Origin: a virus
Length of the DNA stretch: 64,000 nucleotides
Virus record (IMG/VR): IMGVR_UViG_3300034071_000719
Location: 15,577-79,576 of that record
Reading direction: 5' to 3' (one strand)
Position numbers and translations under genes: made by a program. Below the pieces are notes generated by a model. It was not told the origin of the DNA. It was given only the letters and a program-made list of their open reading frames with translations, and searched no databases. The stretch's first letter is position 1; the number at the start of each line of letters is the position of its first letter. Positions 48,991-58,129 of the stretch are shown here, in pieces.

Positions 48991-49343
48991 AGATTCTTTA
49001 GTACCTTGTCGGTCTCTGGCTGAACAGCACCGACTACTTTATCGATATCAATAAAGAAGTCTACGTTTTCGATATATTCATCTAAGTCTTGAAACTTAGC
49101 ATTGAGTAATTCTTCGATCTCGTCAGGGTGTTGTCCGTCATCAAGTAATTGTTTAACATCAATACTAAGATCAGTACCATCAATGAGCTTAACGATAATA
49201 CGTTGTAGCACAGTAACTGGCACTTCCTTTTTATCAACGTCTCTGACAATGTCTTGCCAACGTTTCTTAACACTCATGTTAACTTTCTTGCCTGGGGTAG
49301 CCTTACGCCGCGGCTTTTTTGGTTGTGGTAGGTTTTCTGGCAT
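48987..49343 (-). CDS. Hypothetical protein
   Basis: ORF coupled to folA; possible start at 49277. Confidence 0.6.
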   Translation of the reverse strand: MPENLPQPKKPRRKATPGKKVNMSVKKRWQDIVRDVDKKEVPVTVLQRIIVKLIDGTDLSIDVKQLLDDGQHPDEIEELLNAKFQDLDEYIENVDFFIDIDKVVGAVQPETDKVLKNL

Positions 49344-49992
49344 TTGTTTTCTTCGCAGTAGTTGTAGTTGTTGTAGTTGCTTTTGCTTTAGTTACTTTTG
49401 CCTTAGTTACCTTCGGTGCCAGTGCGTTTGCTTCGTCTTTTAAACGTTTTGCTTCTGCTAATAAACTCTTAGCTTCAGCTTCCATTTTCGTAGCTTGTGC
49501 CAAACGTTGATTTGCAATGTCTGCGTCAGATAATACGCCATCTGTATTAACACTTGCAGCCGTGGTTTTAACTGGTTCGCCTAAATCTCTACCTTCGAAC
49601 CGTTGACCTGCATCTGCTTTTGCTAATTTGTTAGTTGCTTCTTCACCTTTTGCAATTTCTGCTAAGATTGTATTCAACTCATCTAAGCGTACTGAACTAG
49701 CTGAAGTTGGTGTTACGATAACTTGGTTAGTTGGTACTTTAGATAATAAACCACCACGGTGAATTGCATTTAAGCAATTAACACCATCTGCCATAGTATG
49801 ACGGAATAGTGCATCAGCAAAATCGTTTGCTTGTTGACCGATGTCGCTTTCTAATACTTTCATTACTTCATCATGAATGCGCATTGGTAATGATTCACTA
49901 TAAATTACCAAACACATATGATCTTCATCGGGTACTTGCTTATATGCAATAACAACTCGTTTGTTATTATGTCTGCCTACGTGCTTAATCAT
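49303..49992 (-). CDS. Hypothetical protein with coiled coil and K/A/T-rich basic tail
   Basis: Start MIKHVG at 49992 has a GAGGAG RBS; tail KVTKAKVTKAK...KKAAA. Confidence 0.7.
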   Translation of the reverse strand: MIKHVGRHNNKRVVIAYKQVPDEDHMCLVIYSESLPMRIHDEVMKVLESDIGQQANDFADALFRHTMADGVNCLNAIHRGGLLSKVPTNQVIVTPTSASSVRLDELNTILAEIAKGEEATNKLAKADAGQRFEGRDLGEPVKTTAASVNTDGVLSDADIANQRLAQATKMEAEAKSLLAEAKRLKDEANALAPKVTKAKVTKAKATTTTTTTAKKTNARKPTTTKKAAA

Positions 49993-50254
49993 CTTTCTTC
50001 TCCTCTGTACTAGCTGTTTCTGGTACTGGTCCGATTGCACCGACGCTAGTCAAAAATGCAATTAATTTATTATTTAAGATAGCAACATCCGGTAATTCCT
50101 CGGGTGTATATGTATTACGCTCAGCACCAAGTTGAATAAGTTTTGTAGCAATAATTAAATCATTAATTGATAAACTTGCTGGTGCTGGTTGTTGTGTTTC
50201 TTGTGATGCAGCAGAGGTTGGTTCTTCTACTACGGTTGTTTCTGTATTAGCCAT
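49985..50254 (-). CDS. Hypothetical protein
   Basis: AAGGAG RBS and upstream TAAATA. Confidence 0.65.
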   Translation of the reverse strand: MANTETTVVEEPTSAASQETQQPAPASLSINDLIIATKLIQLGAERNTYTPEELPDVAILNNKLIAFLTSVGAIGPVPETASTEEKKDD

Positions 50255-50279
50255 TAAAAAGTTCTCCTTGGGACAACTT

Positions 50280-50285
50280 TATTTA
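50280..50285 (-). promoter_or_regulatory. T4-like late promoter core TAAATA
   Basis: Intergenic, ~25 nt upstream of the 50254 start. Confidence 0.45.
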
Positions 50286-50313
50286 CCGACGGTATTACAG
50301 GTGGAAATATTTT

Positions 50314-50613
50314 CTAGAAAGAAAGGTATTTTACTGAATTAATTTGTGTGAGGAACATTGCGAAGTAACTTGCCTCTGATGCATTTTCAAAAGCAATACA
50401 TTGTTGACGTGTATGTTTGCCAGATCCAGTTTTACTATCAATAGGACCAGAGTAAAACCGTCCTTCTAAGTGTTCATACAGCCAGTCAATTAAGTCTTTC
50501 TCTTGTACTTCAAGATCAAACAACACAGGCGTAAAGTGTGGCGGACAATGGCTAAGTTGTCTTAGCCCGTGTACGTTAAGTGGATTTGGTTCTAAATGTT
50601 TAAGCATTAACAA
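50314..50613 (-). CDS. Hypothetical protein
   Basis: DWLYEHLEGRFY...IAFENASEASYF small alpha/beta phage-type domain. Confidence 0.6.
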   Translation of the reverse strand: MLMLKHLEPNPLNVHGLRQLSHCPPHFTPVLFDLEVQEKDLIDWLYEHLEGRFYSGPIDSKTGSGKHTRQQCIAFENASEASYFAMFLTQINSVKYLSF

Positions 50614-51052
50614 GCTCGCAAGTTAGTAAAAAGTGATTATATGCGGCACGTACCGATGGATGTGCAAGTAACTTCTCAGCTTCAACAGTCATTGCCGTAA
50701 CACCCGCAGATGCCGCATCTTGATAGCTACCATAAGTCAGCGCATGTGTTTCTGTACCAAATGCTTCTGCCAACGCATGCCATGCTTCTGCTTGCTTAGG
50801 AGTCAATGGCATTTTGTTAGTTGGTCGTAACTCACTTGCTTTTACAATTGATGCAACAATAGCAGACTCGGCATAATATCCTGCTGCAATCATCGGAGCA
50901 AACGCTGGAGTAATATTGCTACGTCGACTTGTGCTACCTTCACGCTTAATTATAAGATGCGAGCCAAGCGGGACACTATCCATGATTTCGTGGTTGTAGT
51001 AACTAACTGCAACATACTTACTGCCGACTTTTTTGTAATAAACTTCTTCCAT
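50600..51052 (-). CDS. Hypothetical protein
   Basis: 150 aa, TAATG-coupled. Confidence 0.65.
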   Translation of the reverse strand: MEEVYYKKVGSKYVAVSYYNHEIMDSVPLGSHLIIKREGSTSRRSNITPAFAPMIAAGYYAESAIVASIVKASELRPTNKMPLTPKQAEAWHALAEAFGTETHALTYGSYQDAASAGVTAMTVEAEKLLAHPSVRAAYNHFLLTCELVNA

Positions 51053-51273
51053 TATACCACCTTTGTATCTTTAAGAGCAGTCCACATTTCGTCATGCCAT
51101 GATGTGATCCACGGAGTATTATTACATACGTTGACATGTTTCATTACGGCAGTTTTGCCTGCACTTTCCATTGCTTCACCAAGAAATACACGTTGCACAA
51201 CATTGCCGTTATGCTTAAACAATATAATCATTGGATCTGTTGGGTGCATGTCCCAACTATATTCTCGTATCAT
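51052..51273 (-). CDS. Hypothetical protein
   Basis: 73 aa, coupled on both sides. Confidence 0.55.
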   Translation of the reverse strand: MIREYSWDMHPTDPMIILFKHNGNVVQRVFLGEAMESAGKTAVMKHVNVCNNTPWITSWHDEMWTALKDTKVV

Positions 51274-51434
51274 TTCAACTTCATAATGCGAGCAAGTTCG
51301 GCATTGGCTTCTGTAAAGTCACCAGTCTTCAATCGCTCTTCAATGGGATTAGTATACACATAACCACCCGGAACTGTAACTACGTGTTTATATGCAGTCT
51401 TCCATACACCCCATTCATTTTTATCTGGATTCAT
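51270..51434 (-). CDS. Hypothetical 54-aa protein (MNPDKNEWGVWKTAY..., absent from the ORF track)
   Basis: AGGAG RBS; stop overlaps the next ATG (ATGA). Confidence 0.55.
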   Translation of the reverse strand: MNPDKNEWGVWKTAYKHVVTVPGGYVYTNPIEERLKTGDFTEANAELARIMKLK

Positions 51435-51942
51435 ATTGTTCTCCTAACATATCACGAATAATTTGTTCAACATATTGATTAAGCGTTAAGTCTGCTTCGT
51501 GTGCAAGTTGCATAAGTTGAAATGTTGTTTCTTTGTCAAAGTCTAACGGAATTTGGATACGTGTATCGTACCCTACTCCCGAAACAATTGCACGTGCTTT
51601 CTTCAAAAAGTCTTCTTCAACTTCTAACTCAGTGTACTCAACACCTTCCCACGCTTCGTCGTTACAGTTTCTGCTTTCACATTCTGTTTTGTGAAATGCA
51701 ACAAACTCTGGATTCATCCAGCGATATGCACGATTTGCAATGTAATCATATGCCATTACTGCATATACCGTTTGATCTTTGGTATCAAATACTGTTGATA
51801 CAGTATGCCCTTCTTGCTCGCCATTCCAACTATCTAATGTGTATGCGTTATTGCCAAAGCAACCCCATTGATACTCACTACCTTCTGTGATTTTGTAATC
51901 AATTACTTCCATGAAATCTTTTAAGTTCATTTTATTCTCCAT
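51421..51942 (-). CDS. Hypothetical protein with C-terminal HicB/RHH-like segment
   Basis: LMQLAHEADLTLNQYVEQII; likely start at 51930 (GGAG RBS). Confidence 0.6.
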   Translation of the reverse strand: MENKMNLKDFMEVIDYKITEGSEYQWGCFGNNAYTLDSWNGEQEGHTVSTVFDTKDQTVYAVMAYDYIANRAYRWMNPEFVAFHKTECESRNCNDEAWEGVEYTELEVEEDFLKKARAIVSGVGYDTRIQIPLDFDKETTFQLMQLAHEADLTLNQYVEQIIRDMLGEQYESR

Positions 51943-52397
51943 TAATCTCGTGAATCACCAAAACCACCGTACCACTTGTTTACTTCATCGTACGCATCGC
52001 CGAACCCTTCACGCTTGTAATTACCCAAACGAGGAATAACATTTCGCACACCGCCACGTGGGTCAGTTACATCACCTTCGTACCTTGGAATCATATGCAC
52101 GTGTGGCCAAGCAACTGTTTGCCCTGCTGATGCACCAATGTTAATTCCAATGTTGTAACCATCGCACTTACCTTCGGCTACTAAACGTTGTCCCTGTACA
52201 ATTGCATCTGCTACTGCATCACCTAATATATCTATGGTATTATACTTTGGCACAAAGAGCAAGTGGCCATTGCTAACAGGAAAGCCATCTTTGAAAATAG
52301 CAATGTGGAAATCCTCTTCTACTAAGCTAGTCCACGGTGCTTGTTCTTTAGTACAATCTGTTAATGCGTCCGGCAATGCTTCGATTAGTTTTGTCAT
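51942..52397 (-). CDS. HIT family nucleotide hydrolase
   Basis: DGFPVSNGHLLFVPK, GYNIGIN.G..AGQTV.WPHVHMIPR, DPRGGVR. Confidence 0.88.
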   Translation of the reverse strand: MTKLIEALPDALTDCTKEQAPWTSLVEEDFHIAIFKDGFPVSNGHLLFVPKYNTIDILGDAVADAIVQGQRLVAEGKCDGYNIGINIGASAGQTVAWPHVHMIPRYEGDVTDPRGGVRNVIPRLGNYKREGFGDAYDEVNKWYGGFGDSRD

Positions 52398-52406
52398 TAT
52401 ATTTTC

Positions 52407-52832
52407 CTAAAATGGGATTTGATCATATTCATCTTCTTCGTCAGAATCGATGTCATCAACAGCTTCATCACCATCGACACCTAGTTTACCTTGTGCTAGT
52501 TTACCAGTTTTGATGGTCTTAAGAAGCTGGCGGTTACGCTCTACTTGTTCGCGTTCTGCACGTTTCTTATCGCTACTAAGTTTAATCATCTCGTCGTATT
52601 CGTGTGCCCACTTTAATCCATCTAACCAAATACTAATGTCTTCGATTGTACCTTGATAAATTTCAGCACCACGACTATAATGCGGCAACTTATCATCTAA
52701 CGGCACGAGATAAATTAAATTACCACCATCACGTTGCCATGTATCTCGCCCAGCAGTTAACTCAAAGCCTAGACTAGTTGCTAACTCCTCTACACGTTTA
52801 ATTTGCTGTAACTTACTCCAATTTGTTGTCAT
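52407..52832 (-). CDS. Hypothetical protein with acidic tail ending DQIPF
   Basis: GGAGG RBS before MTTNW; acidic C-terminus. Confidence 0.6.
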   Translation of the reverse strand: MTTNWSKLQQIKRVEELATSLGFELTAGRDTWQRDGGNLIYLVPLDDKLPHYSRGAEIYQGTIEDISIWLDGLKWAHEYDEMIKLSSDKKRAEREQVERNRQLLKTIKTGKLAQGKLGVDGDEAVDDIDSDEEDEYDQIPF

Positions 52833-53043
52833 CGTTACATCCTCCCGCCCAATTCCGTGGATCTTTAACTGATTCACGTACATTACCGAGCTGTCTGCGT
52901 ACCACGTAAATGTTCTGGCGAATTTCTGCTAAGAATGCATTGGCCGGGTCGTGCTGTTCATAATCATACGGCAAGCTAGATTCAAGTTTTGCAATACAAT
53001 CCGAAATATATTTTAATTTGTCACAAAGTTCTTCTTTATCCAT
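52813..53043 (-). CDS. Hypothetical protein
   Basis: 76 aa in a packed run of small ORFs. Confidence 0.45.
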   Translation of the reverse strand: MDKEELCDKLKYISDCIAKLESSLPYDYEQHDPANAFLAEIRQNIYVVRRQLGNVRESVKDPRNWAGGCNDDNKLE

Positions 53044-53245
53044 TATTCAACTCCGAATATACTCTTTGGTCAACTACTTGTTTAATAGTTACACCGTTAT
53101 TTTCTTCAATGCACCGAGCCACTCTGCCTGTTGAAGGGAATTTTCTGCTAACCCACTGCGATGTTATCTCTAACTGTTCATCAATTTGAAATGCACCATA
53201 ATGCAACATCAAATCATTCTTTTCTGCATCTGTCAAAATAATCAT
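53036..53245 (-). CDS. Hypothetical protein
   Basis: 69 aa, TAATG-coupled. Confidence 0.45.
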   Translation of the reverse strand: MIILTDAEKNDLMLHYGAFQIDEQLEITSQWVSRKFPSTGRVARCIEENNGVTIKQVVDQRVYSELNNG

Positions 53246-53493
53246 TATTCAACTCCAAAATATTCGCTAATCATTGAGGCAATTTCTGGTGGTGTTAGTG
53301 GATATATATATCCTAAATTAGGATTCCTATATCCACCATTCACAATAACCTTACTACATTCTTTGATAATAAGCTCGGCAAACTTTTCTATCTGTTCGTC
53401 AGATGCCATCCACTGTTTTTTGGAATACAAAGTGTTGGTGTGGCCAAACTTAATATTTGCCGTTGCAAGTAATTCTTTTATTTTTTCATTCAT
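53245..53493 (-). CDS. Small phage hypothetical protein (MNEKIKEL...KFAELIIKEC type)
   Basis: AAGGAG RBS before the ATG at 53493. Confidence 0.6.
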   Translation of the reverse strand: MNEKIKELLATANIKFGHTNTLYSKKQWMASDEQIEKFAELIIKECSKVIVNGGYRNPNLGYIYPLTPPEIASMISEYFGVE

Positions 53494-53503
53494 TACATTC
53501 TCC

Positions 53504-53854
53504 TTAACTAATAACTTGTTTACTTTTATCAGCACGGTCGCTGTACATTTTAATCCCACGTTCGCGCACTAAGTCGGCACAACCTTGCGGATCACTTTCC
53601 CACTGTTCTCTCCACCAAGCCTCATCTAACTCAACTGAACAATCCACGCTGTATATTTCATAATGACGTTGTGGGTTTGCTTTAGCACGTAGTATCAAAT
53701 TCTGTATAATACTATTCAAAGGATTACGTACAGTCGGCTCATCATTTAAAATGCGCATTGTGTTATCGCGATCATGTTGCTCGTATTGTGTGATTGGAAC
53801 AATGCTATCAATGCCCGTATTGTCCCATGCAAAAATGTAAGCGTTAATTGTCAC
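53504..53854 (-). CDS. Hypothetical protein
   Basis: LRAKANPQRHYEIY motif; coupled to the upstream gene. Confidence 0.6.
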   Translation of the reverse strand: MTINAYIFAWDNTGIDSIVPITQYEQHDRDNTMRILNDEPTVRNPLNSIIQNLILRAKANPQRHYEIYSVDCSVELDEAWWREQWESDPQGCADLVRERGIKMYSDRADKSKQVIS

Positions 53855-54159
53855 TACACAATCTCTAACTTTGGTTTGGTTGGTTTGGCTTTAGTTTGAG
53901 CAACATATTCATCTAATTGTGCAAGCGGAAATACGTAAGTGTTAGATTCGGCCTCTTTAAAGAAGCGTTCTAATAACTTTGTACCCCAAGTTTTATTATT
54001 TTGAATCGCAGTAACTACAAGCGTACCAGTTAACTTATTCCATTGTTCCGACGTGATATACTTGTTATTAACTAACCAATCAAGTGTAGCATGAGTTTGA
54101 TTAGTTAGTGCACCTGCATACTCAGCTGGTGTATGTGTAAAACTTTCGTATATTGCCAT
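53854..54159 (-). CDS. Hypothetical protein
   Basis: AAGGA RBS inside the duplicated segment. Confidence 0.6.
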   Translation of the reverse strand: MAIYESFTHTPAEYAGALTNQTHATLDWLVNNKYITSEQWNKLTGTLVVTAIQNNKTWGTKLLERFFKEAESNTYVFPLAQLDEYVAQTKAKPTKPKLEIV

Positions 54160-54420
54160 TAGTTAGTTCCTTTTGATAAATCATAATAAGCAGTCATTTG
54201 AGTTCCCATTCTGGACTTAGTACATGAACCCATTTACCTGTGGCATTATGCACAACTCTGCCGCAGACCTGTTCACCTGATGCCGACACGACTAGCATAC
54301 TAAATCCCTCCGGAGCATCGTGTTGAAAATGATTAATCTGGTCCGGAGATAAAAAAGCCGGTTTAGGTTTGGTGCTATTCCAAGCTAACATTAGTTAGTT
54401 CCTTTCGATAAATCATAATA
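54157..54420. repeat. 32-bp direct repeat (31/32 identical) at 54157-54188 and 54389-54420 flanking an inserted gene
   Basis: cattagttagttcctttYgataaatcataata twice. Confidence 0.9.
54194..54391 (-). CDS. Small inserted (moron-like) hypothetical protein
   Basis: 65 aa between the direct repeats; uses the duplicated RBS. Confidence 0.55.
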   Translation of the reverse strand: MLAWNSTKPKPAFLSPDQINHFQHDAPEGFSMLVVSASGEQVCGRVVHNATGKWVHVLSPEWELK

Positions 54421-55671
54421 CGCTGTAATACCAAATGGTGCTTCGATACTTGTAGTGCCGTGAATTACAAACAATGTATCTACGTAATTCTCATCACCCC
54501 AACCGCCATTTGGATAACCATCTGTAAACATAATAAACAATTTTGGCGTAAGTTCATTTTCACGCATAAATTCCCAATTACATTCAAAGTCAGTACCGCC
54601 ACCACCTTGTAATTCGTAAGTGTCAATATCGTCGATGTTATCTGGCGTGTATTTTTCGTATCCGTAAACTTTAGTATCAAATGTCCATACATCAAGTTTA
54701 AAGTCGTCGAACGCCTCCATAATACCTTTAACTTCACTTAAAATATCACGCAACATACTATCGCTCATACTACCCGACGCATCAATACTAACACTAACGT
54801 CAATTGTTTCTGCAAAGTTATTACCAGGCAAAATCGCATCTAAGTGTTGCCCTTTACGATTCATACGTGCCCAAGTAAAGTCAGCTTTTACTAAACTTTG
54901 TACTTGTTGACGAATCAATTCGCGCCAGTTTAACTGTGGGTTTGTAAGCGTATTAATCATACGTTTAACACCAAGTGGCAAGTTACCTGCACCCGCCGCT
55001 TCTGCCGCTTGCAATACAGCTTCGCGTATTTCGTCACGCAATGCTTTCTTTTCTTCAGCAGTCATTTTACCTGGGCGACCACCTTTACCTTCTTTGTCGC
55101 CTTCACCGTCGTCTTCGCCCTCATCATCGCCATCATCTAAATGTTCATCTAACATTTGTTTAAGCAACTCGCTAATGTCAATTTTCTCAGCATTTTCGTA
55201 TAGCAAGTCATACACTTCTTCTGAGCTCATACCTGCATATTTCTTATCAAACAAAATAGGCACACTTGTAATCTTCTCACCAATTCTGCTATCAATTAAG
55301 TCAGCGTTAACGCAATAGTCTGCCGCAATGTTATACAACTGTCCATCTCTATCTTGTCTACGTCCCATGTGATCGTAAACTACGTGCAACACTTCATGCC
55401 CAACTAAAAACTCCACTTGTTTCTGTGGCAGTTTGTTTACAAATTCACTGTTGTAGTAAAAGTTACGCCCGTCTGTAGCCGCTGTGCTTAACCACTCATC
55501 TGCGTTTACTAATTTTAAACGTGTCGCTAAGTTACCGAAAAACGGCGCTTTAAGTAATAGCGCAATACGTGCAGTAATAAGTTTTTCACGTACATTTGCA
55601 TCAATCCGTGCATCTGTTACTGTTACAACTTTTTTCTTTTCTGCGCTAGTTGTTGCTGTTGCTGTAGACAT
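54391..55671 (-). CDS. vWA domain protein with N-terminal HExxH metallopeptidase-like domain (DUF2201-type)
   Basis: TAATDG, HEVLH, acidic linker, DASGS MIDAS, GGGGTDF, FTDG. Confidence 0.88.
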   Translation of the reverse strand: MSTATATTSAEKKKVVTVTDARIDANVREKLITARIALLLKAPFFGNLATRLKLVNADEWLSTAATDGRNFYYNSEFVNKLPQKQVEFLVGHEVLHVVYDHMGRRQDRDGQLYNIAADYCVNADLIDSRIGEKITSVPILFDKKYAGMSSEEVYDLLYENAEKIDISELLKQMLDEHLDDGDDEGEDDGEGDKEGKGGRPGKMTAEEKKALRDEIREAVLQAAEAAGAGNLPLGVKRMINTLTNPQLNWRELIRQQVQSLVKADFTWARMNRKGQHLDAILPGNNFAETIDVSVSIDASGSMSDSMLRDILSEVKGIMEAFDDFKLDVWTFDTKVYGYEKYTPDNIDDIDTYELQGGGGTDFECNWEFMRENELTPKLFIMFTDGYPNGGWGDENYVDTLFVIHGTTSIEAPFGITAYYDLSKGTN

Positions 55672-55702
55672 TTACTACTCCTAATCGTTTACTATAAAGA
55701 CT

Positions 55703-55731
55703 ATTATACTACCAATTGTCTGTCTTGTCAA
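55703..55731 (-). promoter_or_regulatory. Consensus sigma70 (early) promoter
   Basis: TTGACA-17-TATAAT, perfect; TAGGAG RBS downstream. Confidence 0.85.
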
Positions 55732-56033
55732 GTGGAAAATTTCAGTGTAAAGAACGCAAGCATTGCATCATCTCTTACGTAAAGTTTTCTATTACCAAAC
55801 TCTGTATTCCATGCCCAATTACCACTAATGCAATCCGGTTGAGAATGATTGTTCTTTCCAAGCCGCATAAAGGCCTCAATCTCACAACTTGGACCAAACG
55901 ATTCCCAGAACCAAACTCGATGCTGTTGAAAGGTTAAACTTGTACCATACTTACCACCGTAGTCTATTACGTGAGTAAAGTATCCACTACCGTTATACCT
56001 TGCATCCATCTTCTTAATTTTAAATTCTGCCAT
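55728..56033 (-). CDS. Hypothetical protein
   Basis: WFWESFGPS...W...LYV...LAFFTLKF small phage domain. Confidence 0.6.
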   Translation of the reverse strand: MAEFKIKKMDARYNGSGYFTHVIDYGGKYGTSLTFQQHRVWFWESFGPSCEIEAFMRLGKNNHSQPDCISGNWAWNTEFGNRKLYVRDDAMLAFFTLKFST

Positions 56034-56062
56034 AAAACAAAAAAGAGCCTTTCGGCCCTTTT
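56034..56062 (-). terminator. Rho-independent terminator after the AAA ATPase
   Basis: AAAAGGGCC-GAAA-GGCTCTTTT stem with a GNRA loop, then TTGTTTT. Confidence 0.75.
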
Positions 56063-56076
56063 CCTTTGTTAGTTAA

Positions 56077-57174
56077 TTAAGCAACTGCCGCTACAACATA
56101 TTTGCCAAACCGTTTGTGAAACTCATCAAAGTTTTTCAACTTGTTAGGCACAAAAGGTAAGTTAAAAGTAGTCAAAGCAACCCGCGCCCCCATAACAGTA
56201 ACTTCGGTTGTAAAGTTCTCCATCATAAACTTAAAGAAGTAATCTGCCATAGTATGCCATTTAGCATTATCTTCTTTACCAATTTTAGTGTACGCATCTT
56301 TCAATTCGTAACACATACTCATTGTTAAAGAGTACATTGCACTAATTTCTTTAACAGCAAGTTCTGTAACCTTACCGTTTAAAATGTCTGTCGGGTTAGG
56401 CATTTTAGCAGAAATCTTTCTATGTGCCATAAACTTAACAGCAGTACCTTCACCAATAGTACCTGCTACAATATCTGTAGTAGTGCTATCTGCCATACCG
56501 TCATCTAACAACTCGCTAACAAAAGTCCAGCTACGAGGTGTTGCAAAACTACGACTTGAGCTTTTTGGATCGAAGTCATACAAGTCGTTTTTAGCAAACG
56601 AGATGTAACCAATAACGTCTTTGTTAATACGATTTTCAGTAGCCCATTGTAACCAGCTATCAAAATCTACACGCATTTCCAAATGCACAAATCTGTTAGC
56701 AAGTGGACTTGGCATTCTGTAGCTAACACCTTTATCGCCATCTCTGTTACCTGCCGCTACCATTACAACGTTGTCAGGAAGTTTATACTTACCAACACGT
56801 CTGTTTAAAATAAGTTGATACGCAACTGCTTGCACACTTGGCGCCGCGCTGTTCATCTCATCTAAAAACAACACCACAATAGGATATTGTGACGCAAGTT
56901 CTTCATCAGGCAAGTCAATTGGAGGAGCCCAATCCATTACACCCTTATCTTTGTTAAAGTAAGGAATACCGCGAATATCTGTCGGGTCCATCTGCGCCAA
57001 GCGTAAGTCAATCATCAACCCGCCCATATCCTTAGTAATGCCTTCTACTAATTCTGACTTACCAATACCTGGGGGACCCCATAAAAATAGTGGACGTTGT
57101 TTAGTAAAGCAACGCAAAATTGCCGCCTTTGCTTCTGTTGCTGTAACAGTTCTATTTTCAGTAATTGTTGCCAT
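56077..57174 (-). CDS. MoxR-type AAA+ ATPase
   Basis: GPPGIGKS Walker A, LFLDE Walker B, AAGNR, LANRF, TPRSW; paired with the vWA gene. Confidence 0.9.
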   Translation of the reverse strand: MATITENRTVTATEAKAAILRCFTKQRPLFLWGPPGIGKSELVEGITKDMGGLMIDLRLAQMDPTDIRGIPYFNKDKGVMDWAPPIDLPDEELASQYPIVVLFLDEMNSAAPSVQAVAYQLILNRRVGKYKLPDNVVMVAAGNRDGDKGVSYRMPSPLANRFVHLEMRVDFDSWLQWATENRINKDVIGYISFAKNDLYDFDPKSSSRSFATPRSWTFVSELLDDGMADSTTTDIVAGTIGEGTAVKFMAHRKISAKMPNPTDILNGKVTELAVKEISAMYSLTMSMCYELKDAYTKIGKEDNAKWHTMADYFFKFMMENFTTEVTVMGARVALTTFNLPFVPNKLKNFDEFHKRFGKYVVAAVA

Positions 57175-57217
57175 TTCCTGCTCCTAATTAATTGTTTAAC
57201 TTGATGTAACAAAACAT

Positions 57218-57246
57218 ATTATACTACCACTTTCTCTTTTTGTCAA
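57218..57246 (-). promoter_or_regulatory. Consensus sigma70 (early) promoter
   Basis: TTGACA-17-TATAAT, perfect. Confidence 0.85.
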
Positions 57247-57253
57247 GTACTTT

Positions 57254-57374
57254 CTAATCTTTAATGATTGCTTTTGCAATGTCTACAGTTAACCAACCTA
57301 CTGCAAAATTACCAAGTATGGTTGGGTTGACGGAAGTCAACCTTCCATTCTGTAATTTCTTTAAGAGCTTCCAT
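57254..57374 (-). pseudogene. Probable deletion scar: 5' fragment of one gene joined out of frame to the 3' fragment of another
   Basis: AAGGA RBS + MEALKEITEWKVDFRQPNHTW*, overlapped by ...LGNFAVGWLTVDIAKAIIKD* in another frame. Confidence 0.4.
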
Positions 57375-57384
57375 TGGCAAATCC

Positions 57385-57672
57385 TTAAATTATATCGTAA
57401 TACAGCGGTGGAGCCGCATGCGCACGTACAAAGTTTCCAGCATTATCATATTCGTGTACTTCTACGTTAGGAAGATTTTGATAATAGTGTGATGGTCCAT
57501 TATAGCCTGGCGGAATGTTGCGTTCAGTGTTCAGCAAGCCTGCACCGTGATTAGGATTAATAGCGGCACCTAACTTTTTGTATTGTTTAGCATCTTGCCA
57601 ACTTGGTACGCATTTACTAAAAGTCTTAAAGTAAGCATTAGTTATCGGATCAAAAATTACATAAACAGACAT
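57385..57672 (-). CDS. Hypothetical protein
   Basis: 95 aa, TAATG-coupled. Confidence 0.5.
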   Translation of the reverse strand: MSVYVIFDPITNAYFKTFSKCVPSWQDAKQYKKLGAAINPNHGAGLLNTERNIPPGYNGPSHYYQNLPNVEVHEYDNAGNFVRAHAAPPLYYDII

Positions 57673-58064
57673 TATGCAAACTCCTTAGTGCAAGCGTACG
57701 GAGCATTCCATTCACCTACGTTTAACTGAATGTAATACGCAATGTGGAAATAATCTGTTTGCGCATCGCTTTTATCAAACCAAGCACGTCCACCTGCGTT
57801 AGCTGGAGCAGTCTTGATAATGTTTAATACTTGTTCAAAGAACGCTTCATGCTTACCGTACAAATACAAATGAAACTCATTAATTTGTGCGTAAGCATTA
57901 CGTTCACCTTTAAATACTTCAGCAAAGTCAACTGGACCTTGTTTAATAGTTACATCAACTGAACTGCCCGCATAACCTTTACGTACACCAAATTTGAAGT
58001 TAGGAAAAGTTGCTTTAAGTTCATCGCGTATTGCTTTAACATCTTGTGCGCCAATATAAGCCAT
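57672..58064 (-). CDS. Early protein, LPD29-like domain
   Basis: KAIRDELKATFPNFKFGVRK...DKSDAQTDYF; own promoter and AAGGAG RBS. Confidence 0.6.
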   Translation of the reverse strand: MAYIGAQDVKAIRDELKATFPNFKFGVRKGYAGSSVDVTIKQGPVDFAEVFKGERNAYAQINEFHLYLYGKHEAFFEQVLNIIKTAPANAGGRAWFDKSDAQTDYFHIAYYIQLNVGEWNAPYACTKEFA

Positions 58065-58097
58065 TTATTTCTTCCTTGTTGTTAGTGTATGTGTAAC

Positions 58098-58126
58098 ATT
58101 ATACAGTCAATTCAGTCATCTGTCAA
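58098..58126 (-). promoter_or_regulatory. Consensus sigma70 (early) promoter
   Basis: TTGACA-17-TATAAT, perfect. Confidence 0.85.
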
Positions 58127-58129
58127 CCG

